Below the pieces are notes generated by a model. The model was not told the origin of the DNA. It saw only the letters and a program-made list of their open reading frames with translations, and did no database searches. Below, one piece after another: positions 40,510-49,198 of a DNA stretch of 58,233 nt; the stretch's first letter is position 1; every line of letters begins with the position of its first letter. The position numbers and the translations under genes are program-made. The stretch is from an uncultured Candidatus Saccharibacteria bacterium (GTDB taxonomy: Bacteria > Patescibacteriota > Minisyncoccia > UBA6257 > UBA11618), in assembly GCA_964373915.1 (NCBI GenBank), contig CAYJWP010000004.1:1-58233 (forward strand), given 5' to 3'.

Positions 40510-41079
40510 TCAGCGCTGGATGTAGTGGCTGTCAGGCCGGGGCAACGGGTTGATGCTGGCGCCGTAGTGATGAGGCCGCCACTGGTGCGTGTAGTGGGAA
40601 TGCGGCATCGGCGTTACCCGATAACCGTGTCCCCAACCCAACCCGCCGTAACCATAGCCATGGCCAAAATGGCCAAGACCCAAGCCGCCGCCAAACCCGA
40701 CTCCCACATTGGGATATTGATAAGGCCACAAGCAACGGGTGCTGTGAGGCCTTGACGCCGGATGGTAAAGACAGGGTGTCGGTGTGCCGCAAGTGCAGAC
40801 TGGCTGGCAAGTCTTGTATCCGATGTTCAAGCTCACAAAAGGCACCTCCAACCCCAGAAGGGTATGGCGCCTTTCCTGATACTGAACCCGATATGGCTGC
40901 CTTGCTCCGACATTCGGCGCCGGCTCAATCTCCGGCTTCGCCTCAATCGAGGCAATATCTGCCGGAGGAGGAGGCGCGATTTCCGCCGCCTTGCCAACCT
41001 TGGTCCGGCCTTCAGGCGCCAGAAACACTACCCCCACAACAACCGCCACTGCCACCAGTAACGCCAACACAGTCTTCAT
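40510..41079 (-). CDS. Secreted Pro-rich / Gly-His-Tyr-rich protein, unknown function
   Basis: Signal peptide MKTVLALLVAVAVVVGVVFLA. C-terminus is GVGFGGGLGLGHFGHGYGYGGLGWGHGY...HSHYTHQWRPHHYG. It is the only frame with a promoter, an RBS (AAGGAGAG) and a terminator. The locus is locally GC-rich. Confidence 0.6.
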   Translation of the reverse strand: MKTVLALLVAVAVVVGVVFLAPEGRTKVGKAAEIAPPPPADIASIEAKPEIEPAPNVGARQPYRVQYQERRHTLLGLEVPFVSLNIGYKTCQPVCTCGTPTPCLYHPASRPHSTRCLWPYQYPNVGVGFGGGLGLGHFGHGYGYGGLGWGHGYRVTPMPHSHYTHQWRPHHYGASINPLPRPDSHYIQR

Positions 41080-41125
41080 CTTCTCTCTCCTTAAAAGAGA
41101 CTCAGAAAATCAACGTTCTGTGCGC

Positions 41126-41154
41126 ATTATAGCAGGTATATATATAATTGTCAA
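41126..41154 (-). promoter_or_regulatory. Perfect-consensus sigma70 promoter for the Gly/His-rich protein gene
   Basis: Minus strand reads TTGACA-N17-TATAAT, with a 46-nt leader. Confidence 0.6.
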
Positions 41155-41217
41155 TGCCTTCCAACCGTAACTTTTTTTGACAAAAAAGCCATAAAATTAT
41201 AACCTTTGAAGGCATTT

Positions 41218-41706
41218 ATGGATTTAATTTTCAATAGTTCAAAGGGAGATAAACTGCAGCCAGAGGAAGTTGTCAAAGAAATAATCAATTATATGCGCGC
41301 CGATGAAGGGCGTCTATATAAGATTACTATCGGCACCGACTCGGAAAAAATGACTGGCGATAAGGCGGATTTCGTCACCGCTATTGTTGTTCATCGCCTT
41401 GGCAACGGCGGCCGTTATTTTTGGCGCCGCATAGAAATAGGCAAAATCCACACCCTAAGGGACAGGATTTGGCAGGAAGTAATCGTCTCCCTTGATATCG
41501 CCAAGCAGTTTTTAAATTTTATAAAAATATTTAATGTTCCCCATTTTGATTTTGAGATTCATGTTGATGTCGGAGAAAAAGGCAAAACCAATGTCATGAT
41601 TCAGGAATTGGTCGGCATGATTCGCGCCAATAATTTTGAGGCTAAGACCAAGCCCAACAGCTACGCCGCCAGCTCGGTGGCCGACCGCCATAATTATAGA
41701 CATTAA
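41218..41706 (+). CDS. DUF458 (YkuK-like, predicted RNase H-fold) protein
   Basis: YKITIGTDSEKMTGDKADFVTAIVVHRLGNGGRYFWRR resembles the DUF458 core. ATG 41218 preferred over the TTG at 41206. Confidence 0.7.
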   Translation: MDLIFNSSKGDKLQPEEVVKEIINYMRADEGRLYKITIGTDSEKMTGDKADFVTAIVVHRLGNGGRYFWRRIEIGKIHTLRDRIWQEVIVSLDIAKQFLNFIKIFNVPHFDFEIHVDVGEKGKTNVMIQELVGMIRANNFEAKTKPNSYAASSVADRHNYRH

Positions 41707-41707
41707 A

Positions 41708-42277
41708 ATGAACAAGGATAAATTAGTCATAGACATAGAAACCAAAAATACCTTCGCCGATATCGGCGGCCAGGAGAATTTAGAGAAACTGGACGTTTCT
41801 TTCATCGGCGCCTACTCTTACAACCAAGATAAATATCTCTCTTTTAAAGAAAACGAGCTGGAAAATTTCGGTCCTATTTTGCAAAATGCCGGCTTAATAA
41901 TCGGCTTTGCCATCAACCGTTTTGACCTGCCCGTCCTTAAAAAGTATTACAACTTCAATGTCATGGCTCTCCCCCGCCTCGACCTGCTGGAAGAGGTGGA
42001 GCTCGCTTACGGCCAGCGAGTTAGCCTTGATGTTTTAGCTAAAGCCAATCTTCAAATCAGCAAAAGCGGACATGGCTTGGACGCGATAGAGTTTTATAAA
42101 AAAGGCGACTGGCAGGCCTTAGCCGATTATTGCCTGCAGGACGTCAAAGTCACCAAAGAACTATACGATTTCATTAAAAAAGAAGAGCATATTTTAATAC
42201 CCAAAAAATACACCGAAGAAATTGTTAAAGTATCAGTAAAAATAAAAGAAACTGAACCAATGTTGCAGTTGTTTTAG
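41708..42277 (+). CDS. RNase H-like / PolB-exonuclease-like 3'-5' exonuclease domain protein
   Basis: LVIDIETKN (ExoI), GFAINRFDLPVLKKY (ExoII-like) and YCLQDVKVTKELYDF (ExoIII-like). The ATG lies 1 nt after the DUF458 stop. Confidence 0.65.
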   Translation: MNKDKLVIDIETKNTFADIGGQENLEKLDVSFIGAYSYNQDKYLSFKENELENFGPILQNAGLIIGFAINRFDLPVLKKYYNFNVMALPRLDLLEEVELAYGQRVSLDVLAKANLQISKSGHGLDAIEFYKKGDWQALADYCLQDVKVTKELYDFIKKEEHILIPKKYTEEIVKVSVKIKETEPMLQLF

Positions 42278-43093
42278 ACTCTGCATCATATTCCCCAAAG
42301 AACTTCTGACTAAAGCAAAACCCAGCCGGGGCCTCAAGCCGAAATAAACGCCATCCTCAGCCTCCCAAACGGAGGCGTAAGTATAACCATTCCAGAGTAG
42401 AAAGGGATTTTTATTTCCCTTACTGGCGCCATTTACCATCTCCGGCGCCTCCCCCTCGGTAAAATAAATAGAGCCCCCTGCGTCTGAAATAATTCCTCGG
42501 CGGTCGCGGCCGCTGACTTTTTGCCACTGCTCATCGTTTGGCTGAACCTTATTTAAAATCAAAACCGTCCCATGCTTATTAACCTCCGAATAAAAACGCC
42601 TGCCGCCTTCATCTTCCCAGCCAACGGCAAAAGCGCCGCCGTCAATCCATTTTAAATAGGGCCTTTGCAATTTTATTTTATCCTTGAGATCAGACAGTTC
42701 AACATCGGACAACTTTCTGCCATCAGAATCAAGAATGGCAAATTTTACCACCTTATTGTCAATCCAAACAACGCCGTATTTTTTATCGCCATTCCAGGCC
42801 GCCACCGGCATAGCGGCCGTCAAACAATCCTTGCAAAAGCCGTGATAAGTAATTCTCTGCGGCTTTCCCAATATTCGCCCCTCAACATCTAACTTGGCAA
42901 AAAAAAGATTATTATTCTCCGGAAATAAATCATCCCCTATCCAAACCGCCCCATAGCCATCACCCAACCAAGCCACAGCGGGCCAACGACCGAAGTCGGA
43001 TATTTTATTAACAGACCAAAAAACCTGGCCCAACACCACCAGCGGCAGCAGAAAAAGAAGGGCGACAATTGAAAACCTTTTGACGAAACTCAT
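42233..43093 (-). CDS. Secreted repeat protein (four P-x3-W-x-G-x2-[YF]-x3-W units, beta-propeller-like)
   Basis: Signal peptide present. The repeats are PAVAWLGDGYGAVWIGD, PVAAWNGDKKYGVVWIDN, PYLKWIDGGAFAVGWEDE and PFLLWNGYTYASVWEAE. Confidence 0.55.
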   Translation of the reverse strand: MSFVKRFSIVALLFLLPLVVLGQVFWSVNKISDFGRWPAVAWLGDGYGAVWIGDDLFPENNNLFFAKLDVEGRILGKPQRITYHGFCKDCLTAAMPVAAWNGDKKYGVVWIDNKVVKFAILDSDGRKLSDVELSDLKDKIKLQRPYLKWIDGGAFAVGWEDEGGRRFYSEVNKHGTVLILNKVQPNDEQWQKVSGRDRRGIISDAGGSIYFTEGEAPEMVNGASKGNKNPFLLWNGYTYASVWEAEDGVYFGLRPRLGFALVRSSLGNMMQSLKQLQHWFSFFYFY

Positions 43094-43134
43094 CTTTTTT
43101 ATGATAACATATAAGCATAATAGCCATTAGACAA

Positions 43135-45204
43135 ATGAGAAAAAAAATAGAAGAAGAAAAGCCGGAATCAAAATGGTCCTCTGTTAGCATTGACATCAAA
43201 AAAAGCGCCGCCGCTATTTTGCTTGTTGGTTTGGCTGTCATTCTGATTTTAGCTAGCTTCGGCCAGGCGGGTCCTATCGGCAATCTCATTTACAAAAGCT
43301 TAAGCGGCCTTTTTGGCTGGGGATATTATCTTCTGCCAGCAGTAGCCCTGATTATCGCCTTCGTTTTTCTTCTAGCCGATGAAATAAAATTCCTTAGCCC
43401 GACATTTTTCGGCGCCGCTGTTTTAATTGTTTCCGCTCTGGGACTAATTGATATCGTCTTCCCCGGAAAGGCCGGTTTTACCGGCAATGTTTTGGGGTTG
43501 ATAGAAAACCCTTTCGGCCGCATCGCTTCACTGGTTATAGTTGGAGCGGTTATCGGCGCTTCCTTGTTAGTGACTCTCAATATTCCTCTGAAAATAAAAT
43601 CTTTTTCCTTTAAGAAAGATGAAGAGGATATAAATATCAAGGAAATGGATGGGGTGGCTACGACAGAGTCAAACAGCGGCGCCAAGACTGCAAATGAAGA
43701 AAAAGAAGTTGAGGAAAAAGCAAGTTCCCAAGAAATAAAAGAGGTAAAAATAAAGCCGATTAAATTCAAAAACTATGTCCCTCCGCCTTTAGCTCTCCTA
43801 AAAGCCACCGTTGAAAAGCCCACCTCCGGAGATTTGCGCGCTAACGCCAACATTATCAAAAGAACTTTTGATAGTTTCGGCATTAGAGTAGAAATGGGTG
43901 AGATAAACATCGGTCCCAAAGTTACTCGCTACACCCTCAAGCCAGCAGAGGGCATTAAGTTGGCCAGAATCACCACTCTTAATCAAGATTTATCTTTAGC
44001 TTTGGCCGCCCATCCCTTAAGAATTGAGGCGCCCATCCCCGGTCGCTCCTTGGTCGGCATTGAAGTCCCTAATAAAGCGGCCGCTATCGTCCGCCTCGGC
44101 AGTCTGATGGCTTACCCGGAATTTGCCAAAAACAGCCCTCTCTCCTTCATTCTTGGCCGAGACGTCAACGGCCAGCCCATAGCCGCTGATATAGAAAAAA
44201 TGCCTCATTGCCTCATTTCCGGCTCCACCGGTTCGGGCAAATCCATCCTTATTCATTCCATTATTGTCTCCTTGCTCTACAAAAACTCTCCCGAAGCCCT
44301 GCGCATGATTTTAATAGACCCTAAAAGGGTAGAACTTTCCGTTTACAACGGCATTCCCCACCTGACAGCGCCCGTCATCACCGACGGCAGAAAGGCCATT
44401 AATGTTTTCCGCTGGGCGGTGCAGGAAATGGAGCAACGCTACGAGACTCTCCTTAAAGCGGGAGCGCGGGACATCGGCGGCTACAATAACAACAATAAAG
44501 ATGAACCCATGCCCTATTTATTGATAGTTGTTGATGAATTAGCCGACCTGATGGCCTCCCATGGCCGAGAAATTGAATCGACTATTGTCCGCTTGGCTCA
44601 AATGGCGCGCGCCACCGGCATCCACCTTTTACTCTCCACTCAAAGGCCATCGGTGGAAGTTATCACCGGCCTGATTAAGGCCAATATCACCAGCAGAGTC
44701 GCTCTGCAGGTGGCCAGCCAGATAGACTCCCGCACTATTCTTGATATGGCGGGCGCTGAAAAACTACTGGGTGGCGGAGATATGCTTTTTATTTCTTACG
44801 AATTTTCCAAACCAAAAAGAATTCAGGGCGCCTATATTTCTGAAGAAGAAGTAAGCAGAGTGGCCAAGTTTGTCAGGGACAACAACAAATCATTAAACGC
44901 CGAAAGCGAATCAAGCGAGGACTTAGAAAATCAGCGGACTGATTTTGAAAATTTTGAAGCCAATCAACAAGACATTGACGATGATCTTTATGACGAAGCG
45001 GTAACGGTCGTCTGCCAAGCCAAGAAAGCTTCCGCTTCTCTGCTGCAACGCCGGTTAAAAGTCGGCTATGCCAGAGCCGCCCGCCTTTTGGATTTGATGG
45101 AAGGCAATGGATTGATAGGTCCGGGAGATGGAGCCAAACCGAGAGAAGTTTTTCTGGACCGCCCCTCCTTCGCTTCCCAAAATGAATTTGAGGATATACA
45201 ATAG
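43135..45204 (+). CDS. ftsK: DNA translocase FtsK/SpoIIIE
   Basis: N-terminal TM helices, Walker A GSTGSGKS, LLIVVDELADL, and a C-terminal gamma wHTH (ASASLLQRRLKVGYARAARLLDLME). Confidence 0.9.
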   Translation: MRKKIEEEKPESKWSSVSIDIKKSAAAILLVGLAVILILASFGQAGPIGNLIYKSLSGLFGWGYYLLPAVALIIAFVFLLADEIKFLSPTFFGAAVLIVSALGLIDIVFPGKAGFTGNVLGLIENPFGRIASLVIVGAVIGASLLVTLNIPLKIKSFSFKKDEEDINIKEMDGVATTESNSGAKTANEEKEVEEKASSQEIKEVKIKPIKFKNYVPPPLALLKATVEKPTSGDLRANANIIKRTFDSFGIRVEMGEINIGPKVTRYTLKPAEGIKLARITTLNQDLSLALAAHPLRIEAPIPGRSLVGIEVPNKAAAIVRLGSLMAYPEFAKNSPLSFILGRDVNGQPIAADIEKMPHCLISGSTGSGKSILIHSIIVSLLYKNSPEALRMILIDPKRVELSVYNGIPHLTAPVITDGRKAINVFRWAVQEMEQRYETLLKAGARDIGGYNNNNKDEPMPYLLIVVDELADLMASHGREIESTIVRLAQMARATGIHLLLSTQRPSVEVITGLIKANITSRVALQVASQIDSRTILDMAGAEKLLGGGDMLFISYEFSKPKRIQGAYISEEEVSRVAKFVRDNNKSLNAESESSEDLENQRTDFENFEANQQDIDDDLYDEAVTVVCQAKKASASLLQRRLKVGYARAARLLDLMEGNGLIGPGDGAKPREVFLDRPSFASQNEFEDIQ

Positions 45205-45209
45205 TGGTC

Positions 45210-45884
45210 ATGGAGAATGCTTCTTTCAAGGATTTCCTCAAAGAGTATGCCGACATAAAAAATCTAAGCGTTAAAAAACTTTCCGATGCCACTGGCGTTC
45301 CGGAAAGATACCTTGAGGCAATGATGGATGGCGATAAAGAATCCCTGCCGCCCTCTCCTTACATAAGGGGATACATAAGCAAACTGGCGAGCGTTTTGGA
45401 TTTTGACAGCGAGGAAATGTGGCGGCTTTGCAAAAAAGATTTTCTTTCAGAAAATAGCAGCTATCCCGACCGCCTGCCCAGCAATCGTTTTGCCATCAAA
45501 CGTTTTGATAAAAAAATATTACTCGGCGGGCTTTTGGGATTAATAATTATTGTTTATATCGTTTGGAATTTTAATAAATTTATAGGCAATCCCAAACTGG
45601 AACTCACTTATCCAACTTCAGAGAATCTAATCGTTGCCCAACCTACTATCTCCATAGAGGGCCGGACTGACAGCAATAATAAATTAACAATCAATGACAG
45701 CGAGATTTATGTTGACGAAGACGGGCGTTTCCAGCAGGAAATTATTCTTGACCCGGGACTGAATATCATTAAGATTAAATCCAAGAAATTTCTCGGACGC
45801 GAAGCGGATATTACCAGAGAGATTATCTACCAGCCGCCGGTAGAAATTGCCGCCGAAGAAATTGTTGATGATTTAAAACAATAA
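45210..45884 (+). CDS. RodZ-like HTH membrane protein
   Basis: N-terminal XRE-type HTH ([23 protein letters not shown]), a single TM helix, and a C-terminal beta domain. Confidence 0.65.
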   Translation: MENASFKDFLKEYADIKNLSVKKLSDATGVPERYLEAMMDGDKESLPPSPYIRGYISKLASVLDFDSEEMWRLCKKDFLSENSSYPDRLPSNRFAIKRFDKKILLGGLLGLIIIVYIVWNFNKFIGNPKLELTYPTSENLIVAQPTISIEGRTDSNNKLTINDSEIYVDEDGRFQQEIILDPGLNIIKIKSKKFLGREADITREIIYQPPVEIAAEEIVDDLKQ

Positions 45885-45886
45885 TT

Positions 45887-46909
45887 ATGATTAAAAAAAA
45901 CGAAAAAGAAAATAATAAAGCGGACAAGGAAAAAGAAAAAGAAATAGAAAAATTGCTTGCTTCTTTGCGGGAAAAATTCGGCGAGGGGGCTATTATGAAG
46001 CTCGGCGAAGTCAAAAGAATTAATATTGACGTCATACCCACCGGCTCCTTTTCTCTAGACATCGCTTTAGGTGTCGGCGGCCTGCCCAGAGGGCGTATAG
46101 TAGAAGTTTTTGGGCCAGAATCTTCGGGAAAAACCACCCTAGCCCTTAATGTTATTGCCCAAGCGCAAAAAACCGGCGGCCGCTGCGCCTTCATTGACGC
46201 CGAACACGCTATGGACCCGGAGTACGCCGCCAAGCTGGGAGTTAAAGTGGAGGAGCTTTTAGTTTCCCAGCCGGACTATGGAGAGGAGGCGCTTAACATA
46301 TTAGAGGGATTGGTCCGTTCCGGCAGTATTAATGTGGTAGTGGTTGATTCGGTGGCCGCTCTCACTCCTAAAGCGGAGATAGAAGGCGAAATGGGCCAGC
46401 AATTTATCGGCCTGCAAGCTAGGATGATGTCCCAAGCCCTGCGCAAATTAACTGCCATCTCCGCTAAAAGCGGCACATTAGTTATCTTTATTAATCAGCT
46501 TAGGGAAAAAATAGGCATTATGTTCGGTAATCCGGAAACCACGCCGGGCGGCCGCGCCTTAAAATTTTACTCCTCCGTCCGCATTGATGTCCGCCGCTTG
46601 GCGCAGATAAAAAAGGGAGAGGAAATTGTCGGCAACCGAGTTAAAGCTAAAGTAGTTAAAAATAAAGTGGCGCCGCCTTTTAAAATCGCTGAGTTTGACA
46701 TTATGTATGGCGAGGGAATTTCTTATGAAGCTGATGTTTTAAACACTGCGCTCAAATACGGCGTTCTGGCAAAAGCGGGAGCTTCTTATAGTTTCGGCGC
46801 CATCAAACTAGGCACCGGCTTTGACAATATCAGACTAAAATTAAAAGAAGATAAACAAATTTTAAAAAATATTGAGAAAGGCATTTTGGATAAAATTAAA
46901 GAGGTTTAA
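45887..46909 (+). CDS. recA: Recombinase RecA
   Basis: Contains [11 protein letters not shown], Walker [26 protein letters not shown] and [10 protein letters not shown]. Confidence 0.95.
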   Translation: MIKKNEKENNKADKEKEKEIEKLLASLREKFGEGAIMKLGEVKRINIDVIPTGSFSLDIALGVGGLPRGRIVEVFGPESSGKTTLALNVIAQAQKTGGRCAFIDAEHAMDPEYAAKLGVKVEELLVSQPDYGEEALNILEGLVRSGSINVVVVDSVAALTPKAEIEGEMGQQFIGLQARMMSQALRKLTAISAKSGTLVIFINQLREKIGIMFGNPETTPGGRALKFYSSVRIDVRRLAQIKKGEEIVGNRVKAKVVKNKVAPPFKIAEFDIMYGEGISYEADVLNTALKYGVLAKAGASYSFGAIKLGTGFDNIRLKLKEDKQILKNIEKGILDKIKEV

Positions 46910-47678
46910 GCAAATAAAAATTATTGAAAAGCTCCGCCACTATGATAGGCCCCGTACCGCCGGGAGTGGGGGTATAAAAAGATAAGCGTTTATAATCGCC
47001 GCCTGCTAAATCCGGCGGGTAGCCAAAATCTATCACGCCAGCCCCTTTTCTCAGCCACTCCGGATTAATCAGGTCTTTTTTACCTACACCGCTAATAATT
47101 AAATCGGCATCGGCCAGAAAGCCTTTCAAATCTTTAGTTTCAATATCGGATGTTTTAAGATTAAAATTTTTACCAGTAATTTGCAGATGTTCAAGCCGAC
47201 GTACGACGGGTTGGCCCACTAAAAAACCCTTGCTCCCAACAACTGCCACCGTCTTATTATCCAAATCCCAGCCAACTTTTTTTAGAATATCTTTAACCAC
47301 TCCGACCGCCGGAGGTTCAACGCCTGCTTCGCCGGTCAAATTATCAACGTCTTTTTTGGGATTGATTTTTGCTAAAACGCTGTCTCTGCCAAACTTCTTT
47401 GGCAGAGGCAGTTGCGCAATAATCCCGCCCACTCTTTCGTCATTGGACAGTCTTTCAATCTGCTCCTCCAAATCACCTTGGCTAATCTCACTGCTTAAAT
47501 CATAAAGCTTGAATTCTATTCCCAATTCATCAGCGACTCTCTTTTTCTGTTTTACAAAAGAAAAAGAAGCCGGATTATCGCCAACTAAAACCGCCGCCAG
47601 AATTTTATTTGGTTTAGGTTTCGTTTTCAGCTCATCAATAATTTCTTGAGCTATTTTTTTGCCATCTATTTTAAACAT
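46896..47678 (-). CDS. folD: Bifunctional methylenetetrahydrofolate dehydrogenase/cyclohydrolase
   Basis: Contains [46 protein letters not shown] and TPTPGGTGP. Somewhat short at 260 aa. Confidence 0.85.
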   Translation of the reverse strand: MFKIDGKKIAQEIIDELKTKPKPNKILAAVLVGDNPASFSFVKQKKRVADELGIEFKLYDLSSEISQGDLEEQIERLSNDERVGGIIAQLPLPKKFGRDSVLAKINPKKDVDNLTGEAGVEPPAVGVVKDILKKVGWDLDNKTVAVVGSKGFLVGQPVVRRLEHLQITGKNFNLKTSDIETKDLKGFLADADLIISGVGKKDLINPEWLRKGAGVIDFGYPPDLAGGDYKRLSFYTPTPGGTGPIIVAELFNNFYLLKPL

Positions 47679-47751
47679 AAAAATATAAATTTGAGTTTTA
47701 TGTTTTGATTTTGTTTTGTTATTTAGATTTGGTTTTCTTGATATTCATAAA

Positions 47752-47912
47752 GCCGAACGGAGTGTGTTTTAAAGGAGTGTATCGGAGGCGCTTTTGATTG
47801 GTTCGCTCGTTATAATATCTTATCCAACGAGCGAAAAAGCGCCGAGATTCAAGGAGAGGCGAGCCGCTGGAGCGAGCCCACTCCGGCTCCTGAGAAATAT
47901 ACTCCGTTCGGC
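47752..47912. other. About 160-nt three-stem structured element (candidate ncRNA, cis-regulatory RNA or MITE-like insert), strand unresolved
   Basis: Perfect 12-bp closing stem GCCGAACGGAGT (47752-63) / ACTCCGTTCGGC (47901-12). It encloses a long hairpin 47787-47843 (GGCGCTTTT..TTCGCTCGTT/AACGAGCGAA..AAAAGCGCC) and a hairpin 47861-47889 (GAGCC..GGAG/CTCC..GGCTC). Confidence 0.4.
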
Positions 47913-47979
47913 GTTTAGAGTATTGGATGGCAGTTGGGGATGTGGGTTTGGTTTTATAAAGAGAGAAATAGAACTCATT

Positions 47980-49197
47980 TCAATATTCTAGAGAAAACTT
48001 CCGACATAAAGCTTCAACTTTTTTTCTAATAACCGCGGGTTTAGCTTTCTTGGTCAGCAATTTAACAATCCAGTCAGCTATCATTTTCATTTCCCTCTCA
48101 TCCATCCCCCTTGCCGTCACTGCCGGCGTCCCTATGCGAATGCCTGAGGGATTAAAGGGAGAAATATCTCCCGGGATAGAATTGCGATTGGCCGTTATGC
48201 CCGCCTCCTCCAATAATTTTTCGGCTGTTTTTCCATCAATCTCCAATAATTTCAAATTTATCAGTAATAAATGATTGTCCGTCCCCCCCGTCACTAAATT
48301 AAAGCCCGATTTTTTAAATTCCTCGGCTAAAGTCCGGCAATTTTTAACAATCTGCTCCTGATATTGTTTAAAGGATGGCCCAGTATTCCGGAAAGCCATC
48401 AAAGCAATCGCCGCCGTCTGGTTGTTGTGCGGCCCGCCCTGCAAGCCGGGAAAAACCGACTTATCAATCCTGTCAGCTAGCTCTTGCCGACAGATAATAA
48501 CCGCCCCTCTCGGCCCCCGGAGAGTTTTGTGAGTCGTGGATGTTACCACATCGCAATCGGCAAAGGGCGCGGGATGCAAACCGGCCGCCACTAATCCGGC
48601 AATGTGAGAGATGTCTGCCACATGATAAGCGCTTATCTTGCGGGCAATTTTCCCTATCCTCTTAAAATCAATTTTTCTCGGATAAGCCGTCGCCCCAGAA
48701 ACAATGACTTTAGGCTGGTGCATTGCGGCTAATCTCTCCAAATCATCATAATCAATCAGGCCAGTGGTTGAATCAACTCCATACTGCACAGATTTATATG
48801 AGCGGCCGGAAACATTAACTCTGTGGCCATGGGTGAGGTGGCCGCCAGCCGCCAACTGCATGCCCATCAAAGTTTCTCCGCACTCCATAAGAGAAAAATA
48901 AACAGCAAGATTGGCTGGAGAGCCGGAGTATGGCTGAACATTGACATGCCATTCTTTGCCCAAACCAAACATCTTTTTTACTCTTTCCTTAGCCAGCTCT
49001 TCAATCCGATCGTAAAATTCATTACCCGGATAATATCTCTTACCTGGATAACCTTCGGAATATTTATTAACTAAAACCGACCCTAAAACATTAAGGGTGT
49101 CTTTAGAGGCATAATTCTCTGAAGCAATCAAATTAATCGTCTTGACCTGCCGCTTTGCTTCAGCTTTTATTAGTTTTTCTAAAACCTTGTCTTTCAT
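47980..49197 (-). CDS. glyA: Serine hydroxymethyltransferase
   Basis: Contains LIASENY, GYPGKRYY, TTHKTLRGPRG (PLP lysine) and GLQGGPH. Confidence 0.95.
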   Translation of the reverse strand: MKDKVLEKLIKAEAKRQVKTINLIASENYASKDTLNVLGSVLVNKYSEGYPGKRYYPGNEFYDRIEELAKERVKKMFGLGKEWHVNVQPYSGSPANLAVYFSLMECGETLMGMQLAAGGHLTHGHRVNVSGRSYKSVQYGVDSTTGLIDYDDLERLAAMHQPKVIVSGATAYPRKIDFKRIGKIARKISAYHVADISHIAGLVAAGLHPAPFADCDVVTSTTHKTLRGPRGAVIICRQELADRIDKSVFPGLQGGPHNNQTAAIALMAFRNTGPSFKQYQEQIVKNCRTLAEEFKKSGFNLVTGGTDNHLLLINLKLLEIDGKTAEKLLEEAGITANRNSIPGDISPFNPSGIRIGTPAVTARGMDEREMKMIADWIVKLLTKKAKPAVIRKKVEALCRKFSLEY

Positions 49198-49198
49198 T

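Noticed and set aside
40525-41132. Four additional overlapping ORFs (76-126 aa) in other frames of the GC-rich tract
   Set aside because: Stop-codon paucity in GC-rich DNA generates them. Only the 189-aa minus-strand frame has a signal peptide, RBS, consensus promoter and terminator.
47679-47979. Known folate/one-carbon riboswitch (THF-I/II, ZTP/pfl, glycine) upstream of folD
   Set aside because: I could not find the conserved cores as I remember them (for example the ZTP CCGCCUGGGC-type 3' element, or the THF junction sequences) on either strand. It is kept only as an unclassified structured element pending an Rfam/Infernal scan.
47794-47991. 65-aa plus-strand ORF in the glyA-folD spacer
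   Set aside because: It runs through the paired stems of the structured element and into the glyA 3' end. It has a TTG-type start and no RBS. The RNA or DNA structure explains the region better.
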